Shown piece by piece: positions 51,001 through 64,000 of a stretch of 64,000 nucleotides of DNA (position 1 is the first letter of the stretch; each line of letters starts with the position of its first letter). This DNA is from Cenococcum geophilum (Eukaryota). The notes beneath the pieces are model-generated. The model worked only from the letters and a program-made list of their open reading frames with translations, was not told the origin of the DNA and did not search any database. The DNA lies in NCBI GenBank assembly GCA_050273025.1, contig CP158635.1, positions 25,792,001-25,856,000 of the forward strand. Reading direction: 5' to 3'. A program made the translations under genes and the position numbers.

Positions 51001-54000
51001 ATACACTACTAAGAAATTTAACTTAAAAAAGTATACCTAGGAAGTTATTAATAGGCTAGTAGCTATACCCTAGGTATTACTAAAGGATATTTAAAGGATT
51101 ATAAGTAATTACTTAGAAGAATACTACTTAAAGGCCTAGCCTAGAAAATACGCCTACTATAAATAGTCGCTAGAGACGGCCTAGCTACTTATAGGCATAA
51201 AAAGGGCAAGGCAATAGTATAGCATATTAAATAAAGCCTACTACTAATAGAGCTATAAGACCCTAAAGAATAGGCCTAAGAAGATAATATAAAAGGAGGG
51301 TAGAAATAACTAGCGCTAATTCCTAAAAGAAATTACCTTAAACCCTACTAAACTATATAATAAGAGACTTTAGCGTAAATTAAAGTAAAATAGGCAAGCT
51401 GCTAAAAAGACGCTAGGTAAATTTTACCTGCTTATACTTTACTAAATAGAATAGGACTAGTATATAAATAATAATAAGGAAACATTAAAATATTAGTAGA
51501 GAGGTTTTTTCTAGGCGTAGGCTAAGCAGACCTATAGAATATTAGTAGCTAATTTTACCCCTTACCTATTAAAATAAGTTATATAATATTAGTAAAATAA
51601 ATAAAAGACGCTATATTAAAGCTCCCTACTAGTAAAGCGCTAAGGCTAGATAAGACCCTAAATAAGGCAATTAAAGCCATAGTAGAAGCGGTAGTAATAC
51701 TACTCGCTAACGCTATAACTGCCTACCTTTAGAGAGGCGAACTACTTAAATACTTTAAAGCAATAACTATAGTCGTTTTATAAAAGGTATAAAAAAAGAC
51801 TACTCTATTTTAGAAAGCTACTAACCCTAAAAAGGCCTTTAGAAAAGATAGTTATAGTATGTATATAAGAAGCAGCGGAAGTATAGGAGCTACTACCGTA
51901 GATATAAATAGGCGTAAGAAAGAAAAAATTAACCCTTTTAGCCCTCACCCTAATTACCTCTAGTATTTAAGCGGTATAGTAAGCTTACCTAGGATATATT
52001 ATAACTATATTAAGCCTAGACCTAAGCAGAATATTTAATAATATATTATATAAGAGACTTTTATAGATCCTAAGAAATAAGGGCCTATTAAACTAGATAA
52101 TTAAGTTTATCTAAGCCATTCTAATAGGGCGTACTATAAAAATTATAATTAAGGGCTATAAAAGCGAATCAATACTAATACCTATAGGTATCCTATAGAG
52201 ATTACCCCTATTTCTAATTCTAATTCTTTTCTTTATATCTAAACTACTAGAGATATATAATAATAGCTAGGATATAATAGTCCTAAAATTTATAGATAAT
52301 ATAAATCTAATTATATAGGGAAATATAGTAGTAGAAAACTATACTAGGCTAAACTAGGTATATAATAGGTATATTATATAAGTAGAACAATATAGCGCTA
52401 AACTCGTACTAGATAAATACTAGCTTATCTACTTTATAAGGGGAAAAAAGTAAGTAGTGACCTAGCTTTAATAGTAAATATCTAGAGCTGCGAAGTAAAA
52501 CTAGAAGTTACCCTTAAGGTCCTAGGGGTTTAGTTAGACTTTAGGTTAAACTAGAATGAGTATATTATATAAACAACTTATAGAGGAGTAGTAGTATTTT
52601 CAGTAGTATTATAAATTACTACTTTAATATAGAGACTCCCTTTTAAATATATACGCCTACTATATATAGCAGTAGTAAGGCTAATAGTGCTATACAGCTC
52701 CTAGATCTAGGGCCTAGAACTAGGCGATAAGGTACTAGTAAAAAGCTTTCTAGCGCTATTAGCTAAGCTATAAAACATATAGAACTATAGGGGCCTATAG
52801 GAGAATTCTACGCGCCGTATTAGAACGCGAAGTAGTAGTTCTATTACTAGACTTATATATTAACTTAATAGAAGAAAATATAAAATAAGTACTAAAATAT
52901 ATATAAGGAACGAGATATATATATAAAGCAATAGCCCTTTAAAGGGGCGATATGCCTAAATATACTAGCTAGGAAGCCCGCTACCTATAAGTAATAAAAA
53001 GAGAAAAGGAAATATAGGAACTACTAGCTTATTAAGTAAAGACCTAGCGCTATACTAATAGAGCGCTATAATAGTAATAGAGGATAGAAGGTTACTAATA
53101 TAAATAGAGATCTACTATACTAAGTATAAGATTGTCGGGAATAAGGCAAGCGGTCGTCACGTAACGCCGCGGCACTAGCGTGGCGAGAAGTCTTAATCTC
53201 CTCGCCCTTCCTCATTCCAATCAATAAGCTTTATTAACCAACATCACTGTAACCTACTCGAGTAGTCGTTATTGGTGAGTTACCCTATGTAACTAATACT
53301 AATTAGTAGTTAAATACACAGTTAACTATAGAGCAGCTAGGTTTTTAAACAGAAGAGACAGTCTTATATAGGGGTACTATATGCGCTTATATAGAATAGA
53401 TCCCGGCGATACTATACTACCTTAGACTTACGGAAAACTAGTAATAGAAGTATTACTAAGTACTAGGAGATACTAAGTTGCGTTCATTATATAGAACAAC
53501 CGCGTTTACGAAGATTTGGTCAAGTACTTTAGGTTAAAAGTATCACTAAACCTAGGGTCCTAAATTAACGTCTAAAACGCGTTAAAAATAACTACCTTAA
53601 TACCCTCTATGTACCTTCGTAGACTATAAGATTATAATTACTACCCAATTACGCGTTAAATAACCCTTATTTTTCTTAATCTTTTTATTAAAACGCGTCG
53701 AATAACTACCTTAATACCCTCCGTGTACCTTCGCAGATTTTATTATAGTATTAACCTACCTAAAGAAGTATAAGAAAGATATTAACCTAAAGATATAAAA
53801 CACCGACATAATTAACCTTAAAGATGTTAATCAGCAAGACTTAAACGGATTCCTATTATACTGTATAGCATACTATAAAGATAGCAAATATAATAATACT
53901 ATACTATAGTACTATATAAGGGAGGACTTTATTAAATAGATAAAGGGAATATGGACTCCTATAAAGAAGGATATTATATAAAACTTCTATAACTTTTTAC

Positions 54001-56881
54001 GGAAATATAGAGTGTTTATACTTATAGATAGGGGTACTATTAGAGACAATATTTAAGAGCAGGTTATTAACGTAAAAGAAGAGCATAAATGGACTTAATA
54101 AAAGATTAAGCACCAACTACGCACTATAAGGAAGCTTAACTTACGATAAAACCTAAGTAATATACCTCTAGAGACGAACTTACCTCCGCCTTTAACTCCT
54201 TTGTATCTAATTTAACCCATAACCTTAATGTCGGATACTATACTTTAATAAGAGCAGGCACCGGATTCTATTGCTTCGCAATTTAATAACCTTTAGACTC
54301 CACCGACTAGACCTACGTCCCCATTATAGCCTATAATATAACTTCTACCTCCTCTATCTTAATCTTAAATTAGAGGCAGTTTAAAATTGCTTATAGAGCT
54401 TGCAAAGCTCTACTTAGATTAAGAGAAGAAGTTTAGCGGGGAGTTATATAATATTCTTAATTCGAAACTACGTATCTTCTATAACTATTGCTAGAAGGTA
54501 GGAATAGAGTCTAATTAATACTATAACGCCTATTCCGTTATGCTTAAGGGCCGAGCTAGTACCTTCTATTATAATTATTTAGTAGGAAAAAGATACAATT
54601 TCAACCGCATAATATATATATTAAAATGCCACTTTAAAACAAAAAAGAATAAGTAGCAGTATATATTAGAATAGAAAGAGACTACCTTCCTAAGAATTAT
54701 TACTATAAACCTAGGTGTCCCTCGGCTTAATTATCTTTAAAAGCTCTTTAATTAACTTTAGATAATTTAGTATAGTTTATCCAAATTATATTAAGAGAAT
54801 TTCAGCCTATATAATTAAGTTATTAGCGTATATTAAGGCGTTAAAGAATACAACCTTACTCTCTTTAATCCTGTAAATACTTATAAAGGAGTATATGCCT
54901 AATTAAGATCTTCTATTAGCACCGCTCTACGCTCTTAAAAAGTATAGCAATTTAACGCCTAACTTTAACCTACTTTAATCAACCCGCCTAACCAATATAA
55001 TTATAACTAGACTAATTAAATATATAGTAGCCGTAGTAGGTAATACGGTAGAGGGTATAATTAACAACTATAAAGTAAAGGTGGAGGTCTTTATAGAGGT
55101 TCATTTTAAAGTAATCGCTAAAAGAAGTGCTATGTTTATAAGAAACTGAATTACTAGTTAACTAGGCATTTTCTTAATAAACGAAAGGAGGTATATAATA
55201 AGTTTCGCTAAAGTATAAGAAATATCGGAAATTATAAAGTTACTACGGCCTACTTTTAAAGCTTTTTAGTTTAATATAAAGGCGTAAAAGATCTTAAGGG
55301 TAAGGTTAATAAGGCTAAACAGCTCCTTATAGATATAGAAATTAAGGACTACTTACCTAACTAATACTTCACTAAGTATAGTAAAGTAGATGGTATATAA
55401 ACCGTCGTTATTCTTAATAGCTAATTTATACTCTATTTTATTATAAAGTTAGATATCTTTAATAAGTTAAAGGAGAGCTCCGCGTTCTCCTTTAATAATA
55501 AATACTTAGCGAATATCTTCTATGGTATTATACCAGATACTAAAGCCGCAGGAGTGTCTATAGTAAGAGAACCTTAAGTTTAAGCCCTTTAGCAGCTTAA
55601 TAACTCTGTTTAGATTAACCATTTAACGGCAGGCTAATATACAATTTGTTTTAGTAAGGGTACTATAATCTCTCTTAGTATAATTAGGGTCTAAACCCCC
55701 TTAGGGTACATTACTTTCTATATTATTCCCACAAATACTCTATTTCTATTTTATATTAGAGATATAAATTAATTAGGCATTAAGCTTAATAACCTTAAGA
55801 ATATACTTATATAGGGAGATAGTCGGGTACCTATTGTACGTAAGTAGGGTTACCCTTAGTTACTCCTTTATTAATTAGAAAAGAGTATTACTTAAAGCTA
55901 CCTAACTAAGTTAGAGTTACGTTAACTATACCGTTAATTTGGCCACCTATCTATTCATTAATTACTTAGGGTTCTTTAGTAAGTAGGTTATAAAGTTAAG
56001 ATTAAAGCAATTAAGCATCTTATAAAGTACTACTATTACTACTAAATAAACTAGAAGTCCCCTAGCCGATTTAAGTTTACCCTTAAAGATAACTATAACT
56101 TTAACTTCTATATTATTATTAACGTTATATACCTTAGCGGCAAGCCAGTACTCTAAGTTATTAACTTCTTAACCTTCTTCTAAGCCGCACGTTTCTTAAA
56201 GGATATATTAGCTAGAAACGCATAGGATACCCTATAATTATACTAAATTAATATTTACCTAAGACCCCTTAATTAAATCGTCTATAATATAGAAAAGAAC
56301 TTCTTATTTATAGAGTTTTAATAATAGATAAAGGCAATGGCAATTAAGGTTAAGGAAGTCCCTATTAAGGCATATAATAGTATTAGAAAAGTAAAGCAAT
56401 ATTATACGCCATTACGCCGCGTATATAAGATTATCTCTTTAAAACTAGAGGATACTAGTAAAGAACTTATTTTATAAATAGCTATTAAAGCTATTAATAA
56501 TTCTGCTAGCCCGGATAGACTTATACCTATATTACTTATCTTTAGCGCCTACCCTTAAATAATTAATAATTCTTTACTATCTCCCTTTATTATATAATAA
56601 GCTAAGGCTATTTATAAGGCAATAAAGGAGGTATAATATCTCTACGCTATATGCTAAGTTAACAATATACTAGGAATAAGAAATAGCCCAAATACCTTAA
56701 CTATACTCGATCTGCCACTTTAGTCTAAGGTACGCGTATAGCGTAAAAAGGGAGAGTAGTTAGGCCTATATTAACTTATTATAATTAATAGTTAAACTTA
56801 TATTATTTAGATGTCTTATAAACCCACTTAATTCCGTTTAATAGTTATTAAGCCTTATTATAAAGATAATAACTCTAAGCC

Positions 56882-59671
56882 ATGGTCCACACAATGCGCA
56901 GTTCTGGTTGCCAGCTAATGACGAGCAAGAAGGAAATATATAAGCAGCCACGACCCTGAAGACGAGAGACGATATAAAGACATAAGAAACTAGCTAAAGA
57001 ATACCCTAAAAAAAGAAGCAAGGAATAACTGGAGACGGTTTATAAACGAGCACACTTCTAACCCAAGCCTCCCCCATAACAAGGGCCTTTGGGCTATAGC
57101 AAAATGGGTAAAGAAAAAGGCAGGGCGCCTAGCAGAAGACCCACACCTACCACCCCTATAAAGAGCAGGAGAATCACAGGCCATAAACGACAACGATAAG
57201 AAGGTAAAGATCCTTATAGAAAGGTTCTTCCCCTAACCGGCTCTAGCAGACCTTAGTAATATCACGGGCGAAACACTAGTGACTCACCTGCGGGTCGACA
57301 GCGACATGACAATAGAGGAAATGGCTAGAACTATTAGCCGCCTTTTAAATAATATAGTACCAGGACCAGATGGGATTCTAAATAAGGCCCTAAAAACCTG
57401 TGGGCCACTTATAGCACCTTGGCTTGCAGATGTAGCCAGAGCATGCTTTACTATAGGCTACTACCCGCGACTCGGAAGATCTATAACAACGGTTGTCCTA
57501 CGAAAAGAAGGCAAAGCAGATTACTTAATCCCAGGAAGCTACCGCCCTATTGCCTTAGAAAACACCCTTAGTAAGATCTTAGAAAGGGTAATAGCGGAAT
57601 ATATGGCAGACACGGTAGAGGAATACGCCCTACTACCACAAAGCCAAATAGGGGCAAGAAAGAACCGCTTAACACTATCAGCACTTACGCTACTCGCTAC
57701 CACTATTAAATCTGCATGGGCGATGCGAAAGGACTTTATAGTATTAATGCTTAGCCTAGATATTAGTGGTGCCTATAATAATGTACCCTATAAGCGTCTC
57801 TTACATATCTTTAGGGCAAAGGGCTTCCTAGAATGGATTATATAATTTGTCCAAGGGTTTATAGGCCAGAAAGAAACATTACTGGTCTTTAGCAGATACT
57901 AGAGCCCCCCTATTATAGTTGCAACAGGAATACTATAAGGATTACCCCTCTCGCCTATACTCTTCCTTTTCTTTATAAGCAACCTGCTTAACTCCTTTAA
58001 GGAAAGGGCGACCTAGGGGATAGGCTTTGTTAACAATATAAACCTAATTATATACGGGCCAACAGCCGTAGAGAATTGCAGAATACTAGAGAAAGCCTAT
58101 AACACTTATATAGAATAGGCAAAACGTTATAGAGTCCAATTCTTACTAGAGAAATACCAGCTAATCCATTTCATAAGAAAACGCAACTAATCTGCAGATC
58201 TCTAGCATATAATTTATATCTAAGGCTTTAGGGGTCAACTAGTTTAGGGCCTAAGGGTATTAGGAGTATAGGTAGACAGTAAGCTCTAGTAGAGCGTATA
58301 TACGGCGCAAGCGGCCCGTAAAGGCTAAGTACAGTTTATCATTTTATCTAGGATTGTCAACTCTATATAGGGTCTATGCTTCTAGAGGTTACGCCTACTA
58401 TATATAGCAGTTGTCCGGCCAACCATAATATATAGATCCAGTATTTGGGCCATTAGAGAAACTGAAAAGGGCCCCCCTAAATTACTCCTTAAACTACTTT
58501 AAAAGGTCCAGACTACCTGCCTTTAGAGTATTACAGGCGGGTATAAGCGAACGGCCACAGCACTGCTTGAGAAGGAATCCAATATTCCCCCCCTATAGTT
58601 ACATATTAAAGCCGCTGTAATATAAAGGACGCAAAATAAACGTAACTCTAATATCATAAAGTATATTAAGATACGCCTAAGTAAACTATAAAGGGACCCT
58701 AGGGTGCCCTATAAGAGAACAAACCAACAACTTTAAAGTAGGGAAGAGATATTAGAGAAACAGGTAAAGAAAGCAGAAGAAGAATAATGCCGCTTTAGGG
58801 CCTAGGCCCATATAGAGGAGGAAGGGAGACACGTAAGAGGTTAGCAAAGATAACAGCAAGACAGAGAAAGGAGCTAAAGTAGAACACGTAAGAATGCCAA
58901 AAAACCATCTACTATAATGCAATACTGGTTGGACTAACGCTAGAGAGGTAAATAGGAGTCAAAGGTATAGAGGCTGACTTAGGCAAGACAAACCTAAGCT
59001 ATAGCATAGTTAACGCCATAGGGGGTAAATACCTAAGGGCTCTGAGAAGGCCTAATAAAGGCAGAAAATATAATAGCAATACTCTTAAGAACAGGAATAA
59101 TAGGACTAAAAGATTGGCTTTACTGGGTAGGTGTCCTAGTAGGTAGCCTAAGATACGAATATGGCTGGCCAAGACAGACACCAAAACACGTAATACTGCT
59201 ATGCCCCCTACGCACCAATTAAGAAATAATACTCTTAGCAGCTGGCATAGAGAACTATAATATACTACTCTTAATATAAAAAGGCCTCAAGGTGGTTACC
59301 TAGTGGCTTATTAGTTAAAATGTGCTAAATTAGTTCCGGGTTGCAAGGGAAATGGTAATAGAAGGCAAGGGGGCGAGCAGCAGGTGCCCCCTAGTAACTC
59401 TACAGTAGTAGAGTAATAGTTTATAATACTAGCGCGTCCGTAGGCTTATTACAGCAGCAGTGGTTCCTAAGGAGGTTAAACAGTAAGGTAGTAGAGCACC
59501 ATAGGCGACTCGTAGGCGCTAAGTAGGCGAGTCCTAAAAGGCGGGGAGATAGATCACGGGGTTTTCTTATTTTTCCTTAAATAGAGTTTTCTCCCCACAT
59601 GTAAATAAGGAGTAGTCCGCGTGGGCCCAATAGGGATCCGAATCGGACGTTAAGCAATGAATTATTATTAT
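56882..59671 (+). mobile_element. 5'-truncated Tad1-like LINE of a second subfamily, lightly RIPed
   Basis: 15-bp TSD TAATAACTCTAAGCC at 56867-56881 and 59672-59686; (ATT)n tail at 59661-59671. RT residues PGPDGI, YRPIALENTLSKILE and SLDISGAYNNV are in ORF 57279-57845. Confidence 0.95.
57279..57845 (+). pseudogene. Open fragment of LINE ORF2 reverse transcriptase
   Basis: The ORF track translation carries non-LTR RT motifs; it is bounded by RIP-type stops. Confidence 0.9.
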
Positions 59672-62600
59672 TAATAACTCTAAGCCTTTATAGGATGCCC
59701 TAAAAGATACCTTAAAGAAAAACCACGATTAATGTACTCTAAAAGGCGACTACAATCCTAATATAATTGTAGTAGATATACTATAACTATAACGCGGTAA
59801 AGGCCGCCTAAAGGGATTATAAAATCGCTAACATCTTATTAATTTTAAAGAGTAATTTATTACAGCTATTAAGAATAGAGTTAAGTTATTAATGGCCTTT
59901 ATAATAGCTAAGAAGAAGGCTAACTTTAAGCTTATAAAACAGCTTTAAAAGGAAGGTTATATTATAACTCTTAGAGCTCCTTTCTAAGCATCTAATAAGT
60001 AGGAGATTGATAGTCTTATTATAAGAGGAGTTTTTAAATTTAAGAAGTATAACCCTACTAAATTTAATAAAGTTCGTATCTTTAAGTTAAGAATGGTTAA
60101 TAAGATTAAGGGCAAAGCTATTAACGCCCCATTTAAGAAATTAAGGCTTATTATTTAAGGCTATAATAACGATAATAAGGAGGTAATTCTTATATAGTCT
60201 TCCATAATTTAACGAGCTAGTTAGTAAGTTATTATTACGCTAGCTCCCTCCTTAATAAAGAATAGAATGGCGGTCTATTTATAAGATATTACTTAGGCCT
60301 ACACCTAATTAGAGATGCACCTTTAGCGCTTAATATTAGCATACCTTCTAGAGTAAATTCACCACTAATATCCCAAAGATATAATTATAGTTATGCTTAA
60401 GCCATTATATAGAATTATAGAGGTAAAAACTTATTAGTAAGCTACCTATAGTAAGCACCATAAAAAGAAACTTTTAATAACTACTTCTATATTTAATTTA
60501 TGCTTTCTTATTATAACTACAGGAACCCTATTTAGAATTATCGGCATATAAACTAATAATATAATTATTTTAGAAGATAACCAATTTTTAGCTCTTAAAG
60601 AAGATAAGCTAGTAAAGGTAAACCTTATAGCAAAGCTAAAGGAAAAGCTTAATTTAATAACACCATTACTTTTTAATAAATATATCCTCTCCCTAAATAA
60701 GGATTCTATTGCTTTACGCTAAAAGGGTTAAGATAAGAAGATTAACATTATTAACATTAACTCTCTAAAATAAGGATATATGGAGTAACGCGCTTATAGA
60801 GCTTATATTACTTCTATCTATTAACCTAAGGCTTTATTTAATCTCTCTGTTACTACCTAATACTAGAAACTAACTAAGGATAACGTTTTTACCTTAAATA
60901 AGTGTCTCTCCTAGTAAATATACTATCTTAATTAGGGACTACTCTATATACCTATTAATCTTCCTACTACTAAGCTCTTTATATTTATTAACGGATTATT
61001 ATTATAAATAAATCTACTAGAGAGAATGACTTTATAATCTACGGCAATTTTATCTATTAGAGCTTAACTAAAAGTAAGTATATTACTTAAAGCGTTCTAG
61101 CGTTAGAGATATATAAAATAGTTAGCGGAGTTAATATAGTAATTATAATTGGAACTACCCTAAAGATAATTATAGATTAACTTAAACTTCCCGTTATCCC
61201 TATAATTATATATACTAACTTATATTCCCTTTATAAGTATTTAGTTAAGCTTAGTACTATAAAGGAGAAGCGCCTTATAATTAATATTATGGCACTTTAG
61301 AAATCCTACAAGCGTTAAGAACTCTTTAAAATTTAATAAATTAATAGCTAAGATAACCCGGTAGATATAATAATAAAGGTAAACCTAAATAAGGCACTAA
61401 AGACGTTTATTAATATAAATACTCTACGTATATAAGTTAAAGGTTAGGTTAAAAGGGAGTCCCTAGAAATTTCTTAGTTATATAAGGTCTTAAGATATCT
61501 AGGAACTTTAATCGGCGGTTAAAGTTATCTAATTAGTCAGATTCTCTTACTAAGACTTTTCTAAAGGGGGGAGTATAATATTCTATAGACCCTAATTCCA
61601 ACTAGCTAATTAGGATTTTTCATCCCCGAGATAAAAAATCGCTATTGGCTTACTTATAATTAGCGCCTTAGCGGCCCTAACACGATATTTACCTATAACT
61701 CCTAAGTAAGAAAGCACCACGTGCTAAGAGGTAAATTTTAGGATAGCAAGACTTATATTACAATAGTAATAGTAAGTAAGGAGGATTAATATTTATTACG
61801 CTAGTTAAGCAGTATTTATATATAGGTGGCAACTATAAAAGAAGAGTTGCTAGTGTTGGGAATAAGGCAAGCGGTCGTTACGTGACGCCGCGGCACTAGC
61901 GTAGCGAGGAGTCTTAAACTCCTCGCCCTTCCTCATTCTAATTAATAAGCTTTATTAACCAACATCACTGTAACCTACTCAAGTAGTTGTTATTAGTAAG
62001 TCACCCTGTGTAACTAATAAAGATAGATAGATCTTAAATAGAAGCGATAATAAAAGGAGGTAGCGAAAATATAAGACGTAGCTATAAAGAACACCCTATA
62101 GTTAATACTAATAAAAGCAAAATCTATAGCCGCCTTTCTACTATAGATAAAGGTTTTAGGCCTAAATATATAGCTAATAAGTATCTATATTTTAAATACC
62201 TTACCTTAATATATATACAGGTAGCCTATTTAGTTAATACGCTATATACTACTATTTTATAGCTACCGCTTAGTAAGGGACTAGCTATTTACTAGTATAG
62301 GTATAAATAATATTACCTAAATACTCTCTATAAGTAGAGGCCTATAGGTAATAGTAAAATAGCTTATACGTTAAGGAATTCTTTAATAGTTTTAAATAGT
62401 ATATAAGATCTAATTGGAGGATATTAAAGGATACGCCCTTTTCTAGCCCCTTAAAGACTAAATACCCCTACCTAGCTATAAGTAGTACGCTAGCGAATTA
62501 CTAGATACTTTTACTACTCCCCCCCTTAAATCTTCTAATATACTTAGAAAGTTTAGTATATAAGGTAGACCTAAATATATAAAAATATATTAGTTTAGTA

Positions 62601-62794
62601 AAGGTAAAACGATTAAAACTAGCTAAAAGGAAATATTTAAGTTTTCCCCCTTATAGGGCCTTTTCCTATATAGAAAGGTAGAAGTATATATATATTTAAA
62701 AAGGAACTAAATTAGGCAATAAATAGAATTAATATAATAATTATATACTTAAGCCTAAAGCTTAATATAAAGTTTTAAATCTCTTTATAAATAT

Positions 62795-63990
62795 TTATAT
62801 TAATTTTATTTATTGCCTAATTTAGTCCCTATTTAGGTCTTTATAGGCTTTTACCTTTCTATATAGGAAAAGGCCCTATAAGGGGAAACCCCTAAGTATT
62901 TTCTTTTAGCTAGTTCTATACGTTTTATCTTTACTAAACTAATATATTTTTATATCTTTAGGTCTACCTTATATACTATACTTTTTAGGTATATTAAAAG
63001 ATCTAAAAGGGATAGTAGAAGTATCTAGTAATTTACTAGCGTACTACCTATAGCTAGGCGGCGGTATTTAGTCTTTAAAGAGCTAAAAGAGGGCATATCC
63101 TTTAGTGTCCTCCTATTAGATCTTATATACTATTTAAAATTGCTAAAGAACTCCTTAGTCTATAAGCTATTTTAATACTATTTATAGGCCCCTACTTATA
63201 GAGAGTATAGGTAATATTATTTATACCTATATTTATAAATAGCTAGTGCCTTACTAAGCAGTAGCTATAGAAAAGTAGTATATAGTATACTAACTAAATA
63301 GGCTATCTATAAGTATATTAAGGTATAGTATTTAGAATATAAATACTTACTAGCTATAGATTTTACCTTTATTAGTCCTTTATATAGGGGGAGTATTAGT
63401 ATTAACTATAGGGTATTCTATATAGCTACGTCTTATATTTTTACTACCTCCTTCTATTATCGCTTCTATTTAAGGTCTACCTATCTTGCGATAAGTATAG
63501 TAGATCTCTATTTATACTAATAGCCTCTTATCCTCTATTACTATAGTAGTACTCTACTAGTACGGCGTTAGGTCTCCACCTAGTAAGCTAATAGTTTCTA
63601 TAGTTTTCTCTCTCTCTTTATTACCTATAGGTAGAGGGCTTCCTAGCTAATATACTTAGGCGTATTACCTTTTTAAGGGGCCCTCGCTTCTTATATATAT
63701 CTTATTCCTTATATACGTTTTAGTATTTAGTATATATTTTCTTTTACTAGGTGGCCTTATACTATAACTATTCTCTATATAGTAGTTATATTAACATATA
63801 AGTCTACTAGTAAAACTACTACTTTATATTCTAGTATAGCGTATAGTATTCTTCTATAGGCCCCTATAGTTCTATATAGGTACTAGTTTTATAGTTTAGC
63901 TAGTAGCGCTAGGGAGATTTTTATTAATACCTTACTACCTAGTCCTAGGTCCTAGATCTAGGAGCCGTATAGTATTATTAGCCTTACTAT
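62795..63990 (-). mobile_element. 3' part of another Tad1-like LINE copy, tail-to-tail with the previous one
   Basis: Reverse complement of 62025-62740 and ~52680-53130; colinear with 45715-47160 apart from the solo LTR. Confidence 0.88.
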
Positions 63991-64000
63991 AAATAAATAA

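Larger units (their letters stand above)
53133..62019 (+). mobile_element. Full-length Copia family B copy 2 (shorter LTR variant), interrupted by a LINE
   Basis: 166-bp LTRs at 53133-53298 and 61854-62019; TSD AAGAT at 53128-53132 and 62020-62024; internal region colinear with 31762-37455. Confidence 0.95.
48554..62741 (+). mobile_element. Probably full-length Tad1-like LINE, split by Copia B copy 2
   Basis: ORF1 with three CCHC knuckles at ~49810-49990; APE endonuclease G(D)FN.HH..W at ~50700 and SDH at ~50938; RT KAP.PD at ~51634 and F(V)D(D) at ~52290. Resumes at 62025; AAT-type tail at ~62720-62741. Possible TSD TTATATACTT at 48544-48553 and 62741-62750 (tentative, so the 5' limit is uncertain). 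Confidence 0.85.

Noticed and set aside
32316..59184. Short antisense ORFs (32316, 36113, 47794, 49788, 56990, 58999) and 39635
   Set aside because: They are chance frames within degraded retroelements or tandem repeats.
1..64000. Alternative genetic code (TAA/TAG read-through) or organellar DNA
   Set aside because: The stops arise from CA>TA and TG>TA changes that differ between homologous copies, which is the RIP signature.

Overview
This window is AT-rich fungal (Pezizomycotina-like) repeat DNA made of nested transposons degraded by repeat-induced point mutation (RIP; CpA>TpA and TpG>TpA changes are visible when homologous copies are compared). I found no intact protein-coding gene, and almost all ORFs in the supplied track are repeat artefacts. 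Retroelements resolved: two Ty3/Gypsy elements, three full-length GalEa-like Copia elements with LTR pairs and 5-bp TSDs, four Tad1-like LINE copies and four solo LTRs with TSDs. Removing these exposes RIP-killed genes that are not retroelement genes: a Upf1/DNA2-like SF1 helicase, a Plavaka-type transposase with an intron, and three genes of unknown function. The most interesting signal is a candidate multi-gene Plavaka DNA transposon of about 8.6 kb native length, ending in CCTGACG with subterminal repeats. Nested inside it is a largely un-RIPed 3-kb non-autonomous element with related CATCAGG...CCTGATG termini, a TA TSD, a 268-bp terminal hairpin and a cargo of tandem repeats. All protein motifs were read by eye after mentally reverting RIP changes; no searches were run.
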